Shown: piece by piece, positions 10,152 through 18,956 of the stretch | Layout: every line of letters starts with the position of its first letter | Position numbering within the stretch: the first letter of the stretch is position 1 | From: Candidatus Doudnabacteria bacterium | GTDB taxonomy: Bacteria; Patescibacteriota; Doudnabacteria; UBA920 | DNA: 62,454 bases | Direction of reading: 5' to 3' | NCBI GenBank assembly: GCA_031291995.1 | Contig: JARLHZ010000030.1 | Span: forward strand, 1 to 62,454 | Program-made: the position numbers and the translations under genes | The notes under the pieces: model-generated | The model's input: only the letters and a program-made list of their open reading frames with translations | The model's database searches: none | Told to the model about the DNA's origin: nothing

Positions 10152-11258
10152 ATGCAGGATGAAAATCAAAAATACTCTCGGTTAACCAAAATCCGTTCCT
10201 GGTACGGTAAATACGAACGGTTGATTTCTTCGTGGTCTCTTATTTGCGGATTCGTGTTTGACGCTGTGACTTTAAAGCGCGTGGATTTATTTTGGGAAAA
10301 TTTTTGGGTGATTGCCCACTTAACCATTGTCGGTACGGCCATGGTTTTGGTCCACGCCATAGAAAAAGGCGAAGGGGACGAAACTAACCCTTCCAAACTC
10401 CATTTTTGGCTGGTCAACATTGTCCAGTTCTTTTTTGGGGGGATTCTGTCGACGTATCTGGTTTTCTATTTCCGCAGCGGCGACATTACGGTCACTTGGC
10501 CGTTTTTGCTGATTTTAGCTTTGTGTTTTTGGGCCAACGAAGCTTTAAAGCGGCATTTTGTCAGGCTGGCTTTCCAAATTTCGCTGTTTTTCCTGTCTAT
10601 AATGTGTTTTGCCATTTACTTGGTGCCGGTGTTTGCCCACCAGATTGGACCGGATATTTTTTTGTTGTCCGGCGTATACTCCCTGGTATTCATCGCCTTA
10701 TTCTTATTGGTTATCCGGCTGACTTCCAAGGAGGAGTTTGCTAAAAGCCAAAATATTGTTTATGCCTGCATAGGAGGCATTTTTATTTTGGTCAACACTC
10801 TTTATTTTACGAATCTTATACCGCCGTTGCCGGTATCCATGAAAGAAGCGGGGATTTATTACTCGATTCGTCGCGATAATCGGGGCAATTATCAAGTTAG
10901 CGCCGATAGTAATAACGGTCCGTGGTATGAGCTTTACCCCGATATTCATAAAAAGACCGGCCAGCCGCTTTATGTTTATTCAGCTATTTTTTCTCCTGCC
11001 GATTTTAATATGAATATCGTGCATGAATGGCAGTTTTATGATATTAACGTCAAGCAGTGGGAGACCGAAAGCAAAATTCCGCTTACCGTAATCGGCGGTC
11101 GAGATGGCGGTTTTCGGACTTATTCGGAGAAATTCAATCCTGCAGCCGGGCACTGGAGGGTTAATGTGTTAACAGAAAATGGGCAACTTATCGGCCGCGT
11201 GCGATTTAATGTGGTTTTAGTTGACCAAACCAATCAGATTATGCAATCATTAAATTAA
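10152..11258 (+). CDS. Membrane protein with C-terminal DUF2914-like beta domain
   Basis: Multiple TM segments, then IVHEWQFYD...GGFRTYSEK...GHWRVNVLTENGQLIGRVRFNV, the pattern recalled for DUF2914. Confidence 0.5.
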   Translation: MQDENQKYSRLTKIRSWYGKYERLISSWSLICGFVFDAVTLKRVDLFWENFWVIAHLTIVGTAMVLVHAIEKGEGDETNPSKLHFWLVNIVQFFFGGILSTYLVFYFRSGDITVTWPFLLILALCFWANEALKRHFVRLAFQISLFFLSIMCFAIYLVPVFAHQIGPDIFLLSGVYSLVFIALFLLVIRLTSKEEFAKSQNIVYACIGGIFILVNTLYFTNLIPPLPVSMKEAGIYYSIRRDNRGNYQVSADSNNGPWYELYPDIHKKTGQPLYVYSAIFSPADFNMNIVHEWQFYDINVKQWETESKIPLTVIGGRDGGFRTYSEKFNPAAGHWRVNVLTENGQLIGRVRFNVVLVDQTNQIMQSLN

Positions 11259-11264
11259 TATTTT

Positions 11265-12185
11265 ATGGCCGAAATACCACAACAGGAAGATTTGGGCCTG
11301 GGCGATAAGGTTGTTCAGGAAAACCGCACGCGATTTTTAAATCACGACGGGACTTTTAATGTCCACCGCAAAGGAGTATTTGACCGCGGCAATTTTAGTC
11401 CCTACCACGCGGTGCTTAACGCTTCGTGGTGGAAGTTTAACGTGGGGATGCTTGGCTATTATATAGTGGCTAATTTTATTTTTGCCACTCTTTATATTAT
11501 GGCCGGTAGAAATGCTTTTCCCGATATTGCCGGCATGGATGCGGCGCATCGTTTTGGGCAGGTATTTTTTTACAGTGTGCAGGTAATTACAACGCTGGGT
11601 ACGAGCCCGCTGCATCCGGCTAATACCATGGCCGATGTGGTTCTGGCCATTGAAGCCATGGTGGGAATGATTGGTTTTGCGGTAGCCGCGTCTTTATTAT
11701 TCGCGAGGTTTTCCAATCCGCCTACTAAAATTCAGTTCAGTAAAAATGCTGTTGTTGCTCCCTACCACGGCGACAACGGATTTATGGTCAGGATTGTTAA
11801 CGGGCGCAGTAATGAGCTTATCCATGTAAGCGCGATTGTTACCATGGCCATGACTGACCAAACCGGACGGCGGTCATTTCACCGTCTGGCATTGGAGCGG
11901 GATGAGGTATTTGTATTTCCGCTAAACTGGACCATTGTCCACCCGATTGACGAAAGCAGCCCTTTGCGCGGCCTGTCGGCGGAAAATTTAAAAAACAACA
12001 TGGCCGAATTTTTAGTTTATATTACGGCAATAGATCAGGATCTCTCCAAGACTATTTACGCGAGATCCTCTTACCGAGCCGATGAAGTGCTGGTTGGTTA
12101 TAAATTCAGCAATATTATAGAGCGTGACCAAAAAGGCACCGTGGTTATAGATCCGGCTCGCATTGGGGAAGTGGAAAAAATTTAA
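11265..12185 (+). CDS. Inward-rectifier (KirBac-like) channel homolog with a non-canonical selectivity filter
   Basis: Two TM segments plus a pore helix (FFYSVQVITTLGTSPLHP) and a C-terminal Ig-like domain (FSKNAVVAPYHGDNGFMVRIVNGRSNELI). Confidence 0.7.
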   Translation: MAEIPQQEDLGLGDKVVQENRTRFLNHDGTFNVHRKGVFDRGNFSPYHAVLNASWWKFNVGMLGYYIVANFIFATLYIMAGRNAFPDIAGMDAAHRFGQVFFYSVQVITTLGTSPLHPANTMADVVLAIEAMVGMIGFAVAASLLFARFSNPPTKIQFSKNAVVAPYHGDNGFMVRIVNGRSNELIHVSAIVTMAMTDQTGRRSFHRLALERDEVFVFPLNWTIVHPIDESSPLRGLSAENLKNNMAEFLVYITAIDQDLSKTIYARSSYRADEVLVGYKFSNIIERDQKGTVVIDPARIGEVEKI

Positions 12186-12211
12186 ATTAGTTGGTATAAA
12201 TCATAAATCAT

Positions 12212-12253
12212 AAAACATGAAGCATGAATCAGGATATTAATGCTTCATGTTTT
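12212..12253 (+). terminator. Hairpin terminator after the channel gene
   Basis: aaaacatgaagca (12212-12224) pairs with tgcttcatgtttt (12241-12253). 13 bp, T-rich tail. Confidence 0.6.
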
Positions 12254-12352
12254 ATGCTTCATGTTTCATCTATTGTGAACAAGGTGTGGAATGATAAATA
12301 TAATCCTTATAAATAAGAGGAAAAATATATCAAAATTTTTCCAAATTAAGGC

Positions 12353-12381
12353 TTGACAGCTAACTATAAATGATTTAGAAT
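12353..12381 (+). promoter_or_regulatory. Sigma-70-type promoter, candidate rRNA operon promoter
   Basis: TTGACA (12353-12358), 17-nt spacer, TAGAAT (12376-12381). Confidence 0.5.
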
Positions 12382-12784
12382 AGGTAGACATTAAACATCC
12401 ATAGATATACGGATAGCACTGATTGCACAGATGCTATAAATAAAACTTAGGAAGCAGCGCCTATGTTAAAAACACTTAATTTAGTCAACAAACAGCGGTT
12501 TATGTAAACGGCCATCTTAATATGTGCCTTTACATGCCGCGAAAGCGGTTTTTTTGTACCGCGGATTAACGCGGATCCGCGTGATGTCCGCGTAGTCGAT
12601 CCGCGACAGCTCAGCGGAACAAGCATTATAACCAGTTAAATACTGCTCACAGGTCTCAGCATACCAATTTACTTTGGGTATCAGGCTCGCAGATCCTCTT
12701 GGGGCAGTAGCTATTTGGTTGTTATGCACACAGCAGTCAGTTTAACAGCGAATCAGTAAATCAGCTGATCAGCTAATCAGAAAT

Positions 12785-12814
12785 GTTGCGCTGGCAACCC
12801 AGATCTTTAAAAAC
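12785..12814 (+). promoter_or_regulatory. boxB-like hairpin plus boxA-like antitermination element in the rRNA leader
   Basis: gttgc-gctg-gcaac hairpin followed by atctttaaaaac (compare the boxA consensus GCUCUUUAACAA). Confidence 0.45.
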
Positions 12815-13349
12815 TAAATAGAAATTATCGTTCTTACCAAGTAACGATAATTTTGGGTAGATACATCTTAAGAGATTAAGATGATCATTGTAATAGAATG
12901 CATACAGATGAACACAGATTGAAAGCGGATGGACCCGGATTCGTGTTAATCCGTTATGATTTGTGTAAATTAGTATGCAATAAAAACATTGTATCCAAAC
13001 GTAACAGTAATTTTTGTCATCTTTTGCTTTAACGACAAAAGGTGGTCACAAATTGCTAGTCAAATGATTAAAACAGACAAGGGTATATGGTGGATGCCTA
13101 GGTAATATGAGCCGATGAAGGACGCGACAGCCTGCGATAAGCCTCGGGGAGCTGGCAAATAAGCTTTGATCCGTGGATGTCCGAATGGGGAAACCCACAT
13201 ACTGGAAGAGTATGTGCTGCTATGCCGTGGGGTATAGTATGCGGGAACCGTGCGAAGTGAAACATCTCAGTAGCACGTGGAAAATAAATCAATGCGCCGT
13301 AAGGCGTACGAGATTCCGTTAGTAGTGGCGAGCGAACGCGGATGTATAT

Positions 13350-13439
13350 AATTAGTGAATAGTGAAAAGTGATTAGAGATAAGGATAAGGCAGTTTGTCT
13401 TCTCCTATTCTCTTTTCGCTAAGCACTATTTGCTAAATT
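13350..13439 (+). other. About 90-nt long-hairpin expansion (IVS-like) in 23S domain I
   Basis: Inserted just after the conserved ggcgagcgaac box. Arms are aattagtgaatagtgaaaagtgattagagataaggataagg and cttctcctattctcttttcgctaagcactatttgctaaatt. Confidence 0.7.
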
Positions 13440-13727
13440 ATTAGCCTAAACCTAATTAGTGTTGTTGATATCGCAAGATTGAAACTTAAAGATTACAGTC
13501 GTTGCTAGTTAGGTGTTATAAGCAGGAGTCATTGCCGCTCTGTAAAGCGGCAGGGAATTATGTTTGTTGTTTAGCAGAACACGCCTGGAACGGCGGACCA
13601 AAGAGGGTGATAGTCCCGTATCGCGAAAAACCATGCAATTTCCTGACTTTTTCTTGAGTACGACCAGACACGAGAAATCTGGTCGGAAATCGGGTCGACT
13701 AAGATCCAAGGCTAAATACTCATATTA

Positions 13728-13766
<39 letters not shown>

Positions 13767-13960
13767 CACCCCGGAAGGGGAATGAAATAGTATCTGAAAC
13801 CATATACTTACAAGGAGTGGAAGACCTTACTCCGACGTTACGTCGGAGTGGTTAACCGCGTGCCTATTGAAGAATGATCCAACGAGTTAATCTTATGCGG
13901 CTTGATTAAGTCTTATCAAAGACGAAATCGTAGTGAAAGCGAGGATGAATAGTCCGTAAA

Positions 13961-14055
13961 AGGATAAGAGATTAGTGAAAAGAGATAAGAGATAAGGAGA
14001 GGCGCGCAAGTGTTTTATCCTATTCTCTATTCGCTAAGCACTAATCTCTATTCCT
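13961..14055 (+). other. About 95-nt long-hairpin expansion (IVS-like) in 23S domain II, related to 13350-13439
   Basis: Inserted before the gacccgaaacc box. The 3' arm shares cctattctct.ttcgctaagcacta with the first expansion. Confidence 0.7.
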
Positions 14056-14447
14056 TTATGTCGCATGAGTTAGACCCGAAACCCGCGTGAGCTACGCATG
14101 GCCAGGATGAACGTGGTGTAACAACCACGGGAGGTCCGGACCCACTATTGCTGCAAAAATAGGGGATGAGCTGTGCGTAGGGGAGAAATTCCAATCGAAC
14201 CGGGTGATAGCTGGTTCTCCTCGAAATAGCTTTAGGGCTAGCGTCGAGAGTTCCCTTGAGAGGTAGAGCACTGAATGGAAACCTGCTGCGCAAGCGGTAG
14301 GCTCCAACCAAACTCCGAATTCTCAAGGTCAAGATCTCGGCAGTCAGTCCGTGAGGGCTAAGCTTCACTGGACAAATGGAGAAGAATCCACACCACCGTC
14401 TAAGGCCCCCAAATTCTAGCTATAGTGCAAAGGATGTGGGGTTGCTC

Positions 14448-14484
<37 letters not shown>

Positions 14485-15934
14485 TAAAGAAAGCGTAACA
14501 GCTCACTGGTCAAGCGATCCTGCGCCGACAATATATAGGGGCTAAGCTAGGTGCCGAAGACGTGGATCTCCGACGTTACGTCGGAGGTGGTAGAGGAGTG
14601 TTGTACATGGGTTGAAGCGGTATGCGTAAGCGGCCGTGGACTTTGTACAAGTAAGAATGTTGGAATAAGTAATATATATAGAGGTGAGAATCCTCTTCGC
14701 CGAATATCCAAGGTTTCCAGGGCAACGATCGTCGTCCCTGGGTTAGTCGATCCTAAGAGTGGGCCTCAAGAGGTCCATCCGATGGAAAATATGGTTGATA
14801 TTCCATAACCACTGTAACATTATCTTAGGCGGAACGCATCATGGTAAAACTAGCGTTATCTGACTATTAGCGTTGTTGTATTTGTAGGATGGAACTTCAG
14901 GCAAATCCGGAGTTCCGACATCTGTTATTGCATACCTCGCAAGAGATTGTAGTAACAGGTAAAAGTTCGAGAATACAAAGAAACCTGGCAACGGGGATTA
15001 GTTTGAACCAAGGTGTCAAGAAAAGCGTCGAAGTCAGGTGTTATAGTGCTCGTACCGTAAACCGACACAGGTGGATGGGGAGAGAATCCCAAGGCGTCCG
15101 GAACAATGTTCGTTAAGGAACTCGGCAAAAAAGCAGGTGTACCTTAGGTATATACCTTGACCTTTTTTTGAGATTATATCAAAGAAAAAAGGCCCGCAGC
15201 GAAAGACCTCTCCCGACTGTTTACCAAAAACTTAGGTCCGTGCTAAAGCGCAAGCTGATGTATACGGGCTGATGCCTGGCCAGTGTCAGAAGGTTAAACC
15301 CCTCGTCGCAAGATTGGGGGCCAAGCCCTGATGAACGCCGGCAGTAACTATAACTGTCCTATGGTAGCGAAATTCCTTGTCGCGTAAGTTGCGACCCGCA
15401 CGAATGGCATAACGAGTAGAGGACTGTCTTAACGAACATTCCGATGAATTTACAATGGCGGTAAAGATGCCGTCTACCCGCAGCAAGACGGAAAGACCCT
15501 ATGAAGCTTTACTATAGCGTGTCATTGCAATTTTATTTTTATTGTTTAGCCTAGGTGGGAGACTTTGAAACCCCGACGCCAGTCGGGGTGGAGTCAACAG
15601 GTGAAATACCACCCTGTAGAGATGAAATTGCTAACCAATGCCTAACCTGCATTGGGACAGTGGCTCGTGGGTAGTTTAACTGGGGCGGTTGCCTCCTAAA
15701 TGGTAACGGAGGCGTTTATTAAGGTAGGCTAGGTATGGATGGAAATCATACCGGTAGTGCAAACGCATAAGCCTGCTTGACTGCAAGGGCGGCGACCCGC
15801 GCAGGCACGAAAGTGGAAGTTAGTGATCCGATGCGTTCGAGTGGAAGACGCAAAGCCCAACGGATAAAAGTTACTCTAGGGATAACAGGCTGATCCTCTC
15901 CAAGCGTCCACAGCGACGAGAGGGTTTGGCACCT

Positions 15935-16442
15935 GAACATCATTCGGGGTGCTATGGGAGTGATCCCATACCATGTGTCTTTCATCCGTCTCTCCATGTT
16001 CATAGCATGGAGGATATAATTTTGAAAGAAAATAAATTCGGCTTATAACGGTGGAACCGTAGTTAACTATGTGAGAACTCTTTGTTCTAGTTAACCGGTA
16101 ATACCGTGGGAAGTCTGCGCGAAGCGCAACAATAACTATAATGAATAACAATAACCACTGCAGTTGCAGAAGTTATAGTTATAATTATTGTTATAGTTTG
16201 CCCCCCGCATGACCCCGTAACGACTGACCCGAAAGGGGAGGTTTAAATTAGTGATTAGTGAATAGTGCTTAGTGATTAGTACTGCAGGAATGCAGTTACT
16301 ATCCACTACCCACTAACACTGCCCACTAGTTTAGACAACACGCCGACTCTTGTCACAAAAAAGCAGACTACGGAGACTAATCCTAATGTCGCTGGCAAGA
16401 AGAAGATATAGTCTACACCATACGAAAGTATGGAATTAGGTA
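15935..16442 (+). mobile_element. 508-nt group-I-like intron/insertion in the 23S peptidyl-transferase region (after the U equivalent to E. coli ~U2500); no credible ORF
   Basis: It interrupts the universal ggcaccu|cgaugucgg. Intron gggtgc (15947-15952) can pair with exon gcacct (15929-15934), giving a U.G pair at the splice site. There is a GAAA-capped hairpin ccatac-gaaa-gtatgg near the 3' end. Confidence 0.55.
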
Positions 16443-16472
16443 CGATGTCGGCTCATCACATCCTGGGGGTGT

Positions 16473-16509
<37 letters not shown>

Positions 16510-17095
16510 TGGTACGCGAGCTGGGTTCAAAACGTCGTGAGACAGTTTGGTCCTTATCTGCTGTGGGTGTACGAAACTTGAGTAGTCGCATCTCTAGTAC
16601 GAGAGGACCGAGATGCATAGACCTCTGGTGTACCCGTTGTCCTGTCAAGGGCATGGCGGGGTAGCTAGGTCTAGTTAGGATAAGCGCTGAAGGCATATAA
16701 GCGTGAAGCCGTCTACAAAACTAGGTTTCGTTGTTCTAATTTATTAGAACGAAAGGTTCGGGGAAGACTACCCCGTACAACAATCGAAAGTTTTTTGGCG
16801 AAGTAGCAATATGGATCCAAAAGAAAATAGATTTATAGGCTGCAGGTGTAAGCACAGTAATGTGTTCAGCCGAGCAGTACTAATCAACCAAAAGTTTTAA
16901 TTTTCTTTGACTAGCAATTTGTGCATAGAGCGAAGCCCCGCCAAGCGGGGCGTAGCACCTTATTATTCTCCCCCTGCGGGGGGAGATGTCACGCGGAGCG
17001 TGACAGAGAGGGTGCAAGCAAGATACGATGTTTAACAACTTACAATGTTCACAAAGTGCGCCCTTTTAAATTTCCAATAAGTTGGACATTTAAAA

Positions 17096-17206
17096 GGGTG
17101 GCATTTCCAGCCGGGCTCGACCTGATCCCATCCCGAACTCAGTAGTCAAAACGGCTTGGGCCAATGATAGTCCTACGCATGTAGGTGCAAAAGTAGGTGG
17201 CTGCCC
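17096..17206 (+). rRNA. rrf: 5S rRNA
   Basis: cccatcccgaactcagtagtcaaaac core. Terminal helix gggtggc / gctgccc. Confidence 0.85.
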
Positions 17207-17218
17207 CATTTATCAATC

Positions 17219-17248
17219 GCTCCGTCTTAACAGACGGAGCTTTTGTTT
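17219..17248 (+). terminator. Intrinsic terminator of the rRNA operon
   Basis: gctccgtc-ttaaca-gacggagc followed by ttttgtttt. Confidence 0.8.
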
Positions 17249-17275
17249 TGGTCAAAAATTTGCTATTATTTGAAT

Positions 17276-17806
17276 ATGATTTATTTTTTACTCGCATTTT
17301 TGGTTTTTGCCTGGATTTTGGTTTTTGTGGTTTTAAGCGAATTTATTGCCTTTATCCGCACCCGGGTGCCGTTTGTCCCTACGACGTCCAGCGACGTGGA
17401 GTTTTTTATAAATAAATTGGGCATTAAGCCGTCCGATACTTTTTACGATCTTGGTAGCGGCAATGGCCGGGTGGTTTTTATGGTAGAAAGGCTGAGCGGC
17501 GCAAAATCACAGGGCTTTGAGCTCGGGTGGTGGACCATATTGTTTGCCAAGTTAAAAGCCAAACTGAAGGGCTATAAAGCCAAGTTTGTAAACAAAAATT
17601 TTTTCAAAGAAGACTGGTCCGGCGCCAATTACATTTACGGATATTTATATCCACCGCTAATGGCCAGAGTGGAGGCCAAGTTTTTAGCTGATTGCAAGCA
17701 AGGAAGTATTGCGATAATTCGCGATTTTCCATTGCCTAATTTAAAACCGGTCGAAACTTTCTTTATGCCCCACAAGCATGAAATTTATATATATAAAAAA
17801 GTGTAG
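17276..17806 (+). CDS. Class I SAM-dependent methyltransferase with N-terminal TM helix
   Basis: VPFVPTT...FYDLGSGNGRVVF motif I. ATG at 17276 was chosen because the TTG at 17243 overlaps the 5S terminator. Confidence 0.6.
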   Translation: MIYFLLAFLVFAWILVFVVLSEFIAFIRTRVPFVPTTSSDVEFFINKLGIKPSDTFYDLGSGNGRVVFMVERLSGAKSQGFELGWWTILFAKLKAKLKGYKAKFVNKNFFKEDWSGANYIYGYLYPPLMARVEAKFLADCKQGSIAIIRDFPLPNLKPVETFFMPHKHEIYIYKKV

Positions 17807-17887
17807 GCCATATTTATTGAAATGATGGTTTAAATACCCTTTATTTAAAGGGTATTTTTATTTATCCACATAAGTGTAGAAAAAAAG

Positions 17888-17916
17888 TTGACAAAAAAAA
17901 TTCTTGGATGTATATT
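17888..17916 (+). promoter_or_regulatory. Sigma-70-type promoter of the TrmB-like gene
   Basis: TTGACA (17888-17893), 17-nt spacer, TATATT (17911-17916). Confidence 0.6.
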
Positions 17917-17931
17917 TTATTGGTACTCTTT

Positions 17932-18076
17932 TGTCATCCCGACCGACCGTCGCCAAGGCTTTGGCTGCCAGGCCGACATCATCGTAAGCATGGGTCAGGC
18001 GAGAGGAGGATACGTTTTGCAAGAATTATCTATATTAAGGGATTCCTCGCCCAAAGCGCGCGGTCTCGGAATGACA
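17932..18076. repeat. Palindromic element (tgtcatcccgac ... gtctcggaatgaca) in the 5' UTR of the TrmB-like gene; variant of the gtgtcattgcgag family
   Basis: Terminal inverted repeats read directly. The element ends 15 nt before the ATG at 18091. Confidence 0.55.
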
Positions 18077-18090
18077 CCTTTGATGATTTT

Positions 18091-18843
18091 ATGGACATCC
18101 AAGTTATATTAAAAAACTTTGGCCTATCTGAGAAAGAGATATCCGTATATCTTGCGCTTATTGAACTCGGCCCGTCGTCGGTGAGGGAAATATCGGCTAA
18201 ATCCAAAGTGAACCGAGGGACATCTTATGATATTTTAAAATCGCTGATTGCTTTGGGAATCGTTTCCTACTATAACAAGGAATCCAAACAATATTTTGTG
18301 GCCGAACAACCGGAGAAATTATTATCGGCGATTGACCAGAAAAAAGAAGATTTGGACGAAGTGCGCGAAAATATCAAGCAAAGTTTGCCGCTGATAAAAA
18401 CCTTGTTTGAAAAACAAGGCGGAAAGCCGGTTGTAAAATTTTATGAGGGCAGTAAAGGCGTAAGGCAAATATTTGAGGACGTACTGGACGAAGTATCGTC
18501 GTCTGCGGATAAATTATATTATTTATATTCATCGGCGACCGCGGAACATCGCAAGAACGTCTATGGGTCAATGCCGGATTTCAGCGAAAAACGGATAAAA
18601 AAAGGCGTAAAAGTAAAAATTATTTCTTTGGGCGAGGGTGGACAATTGGCCGGACTTGATGAAAGAAAACAAATGCCCATTGGCAGCAAAGATTTAAAAG
18701 CCACGCACGAAATTATTTATGCAGGTAAAGTCGCGCATATCAGCATCGACAGTAATGGCGAACCGGTGGGGGTGGTAATCCGGAACGAAGAGATTCATAA
18801 TATGCAGAAGACTATTTTTGAATTTAATTGGAGTAAATTATAG
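18091..18843 (+). CDS. TrmB-family-like transcriptional regulator (wHTH plus C-terminal domain)
   Basis: LSEKEISVYLALIELGPSSVREISAKSKVNRGTSYDILKSLIALGIVS. The start was moved to the ATG at 18091 because the upstream part of ORF 17908 is promoter plus palindrome. Confidence 0.65.
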   Translation: MDIQVILKNFGLSEKEISVYLALIELGPSSVREISAKSKVNRGTSYDILKSLIALGIVSYYNKESKQYFVAEQPEKLLSAIDQKKEDLDEVRENIKQSLPLIKTLFEKQGGKPVVKFYEGSKGVRQIFEDVLDEVSSSADKLYYLYSSATAEHRKNVYGSMPDFSEKRIKKGVKVKIISLGEGGQLAGLDERKQMPIGSKDLKATHEIIYAGKVAHISIDSNGEPVGVVIRNEEIHNMQKTIFEFNWSKL

Positions 18844-18844
18844 T

Positions 18845-18937
18845 AATCCGGAACTACGGAACTTATCCAGAACTACAGAAAACTACAGAAGTTTATTTCC
18901 GCAGTTTTCCGTAGTTCGTGCTTAATTTCCGGATTGA
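18845..18937. repeat. Word hairpin (AACTACGG/AACTACAG versus CCGTAGTT words) between the TrmB-like gene and glmS
   Basis: 5' arm aatccggaactacggaacttatccagaactacagaaaactacagaag; 3' arm ccgcagttttccgtagttcgtgcttaatttccggatt. Confidence 0.75.
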
Positions 18938-18956
18938 TTCCGGATTGGAGAAATAT

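Noticed and set aside
12450-12458. ggaagcagc, reminiscent of the SRP RNA domain IV motif
   Set aside because: There is no adjacent GNRA-capped helix or symmetric-loop partner. A 9-mer match is expected by chance in 62 kb.
12517-12729. The - strand ORF in the rRNA leader
   Set aside because: It runs through the CGCGGAT word hairpin, has no SD and has non-coding-like composition.
16921-17415. ORFs 16921..17145 and 17197..17415
   Set aside because: They span the 23S-5S spacer hairpins, the 5S rRNA and its terminator, so they are not coding.
17908-18090. N-terminal extensions offered by the ORF track (17908, 18918, 22810, 29203, 30155, 32254, 39623, 47560, 49217, 54934, 59539 and 60578)
   Set aside because: The extensions start at alternative codons and run through promoters, palindromic elements, word repeats or the preceding gene. 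Internal ATGs coincide with conserved protein N-termini and/or SD sequences.
18844-18956. A glmS ribozyme upstream of glmS
   Set aside because: The spacer is fully accounted for by the word hairpin, and I could not find the conserved glmS ribozyme core.
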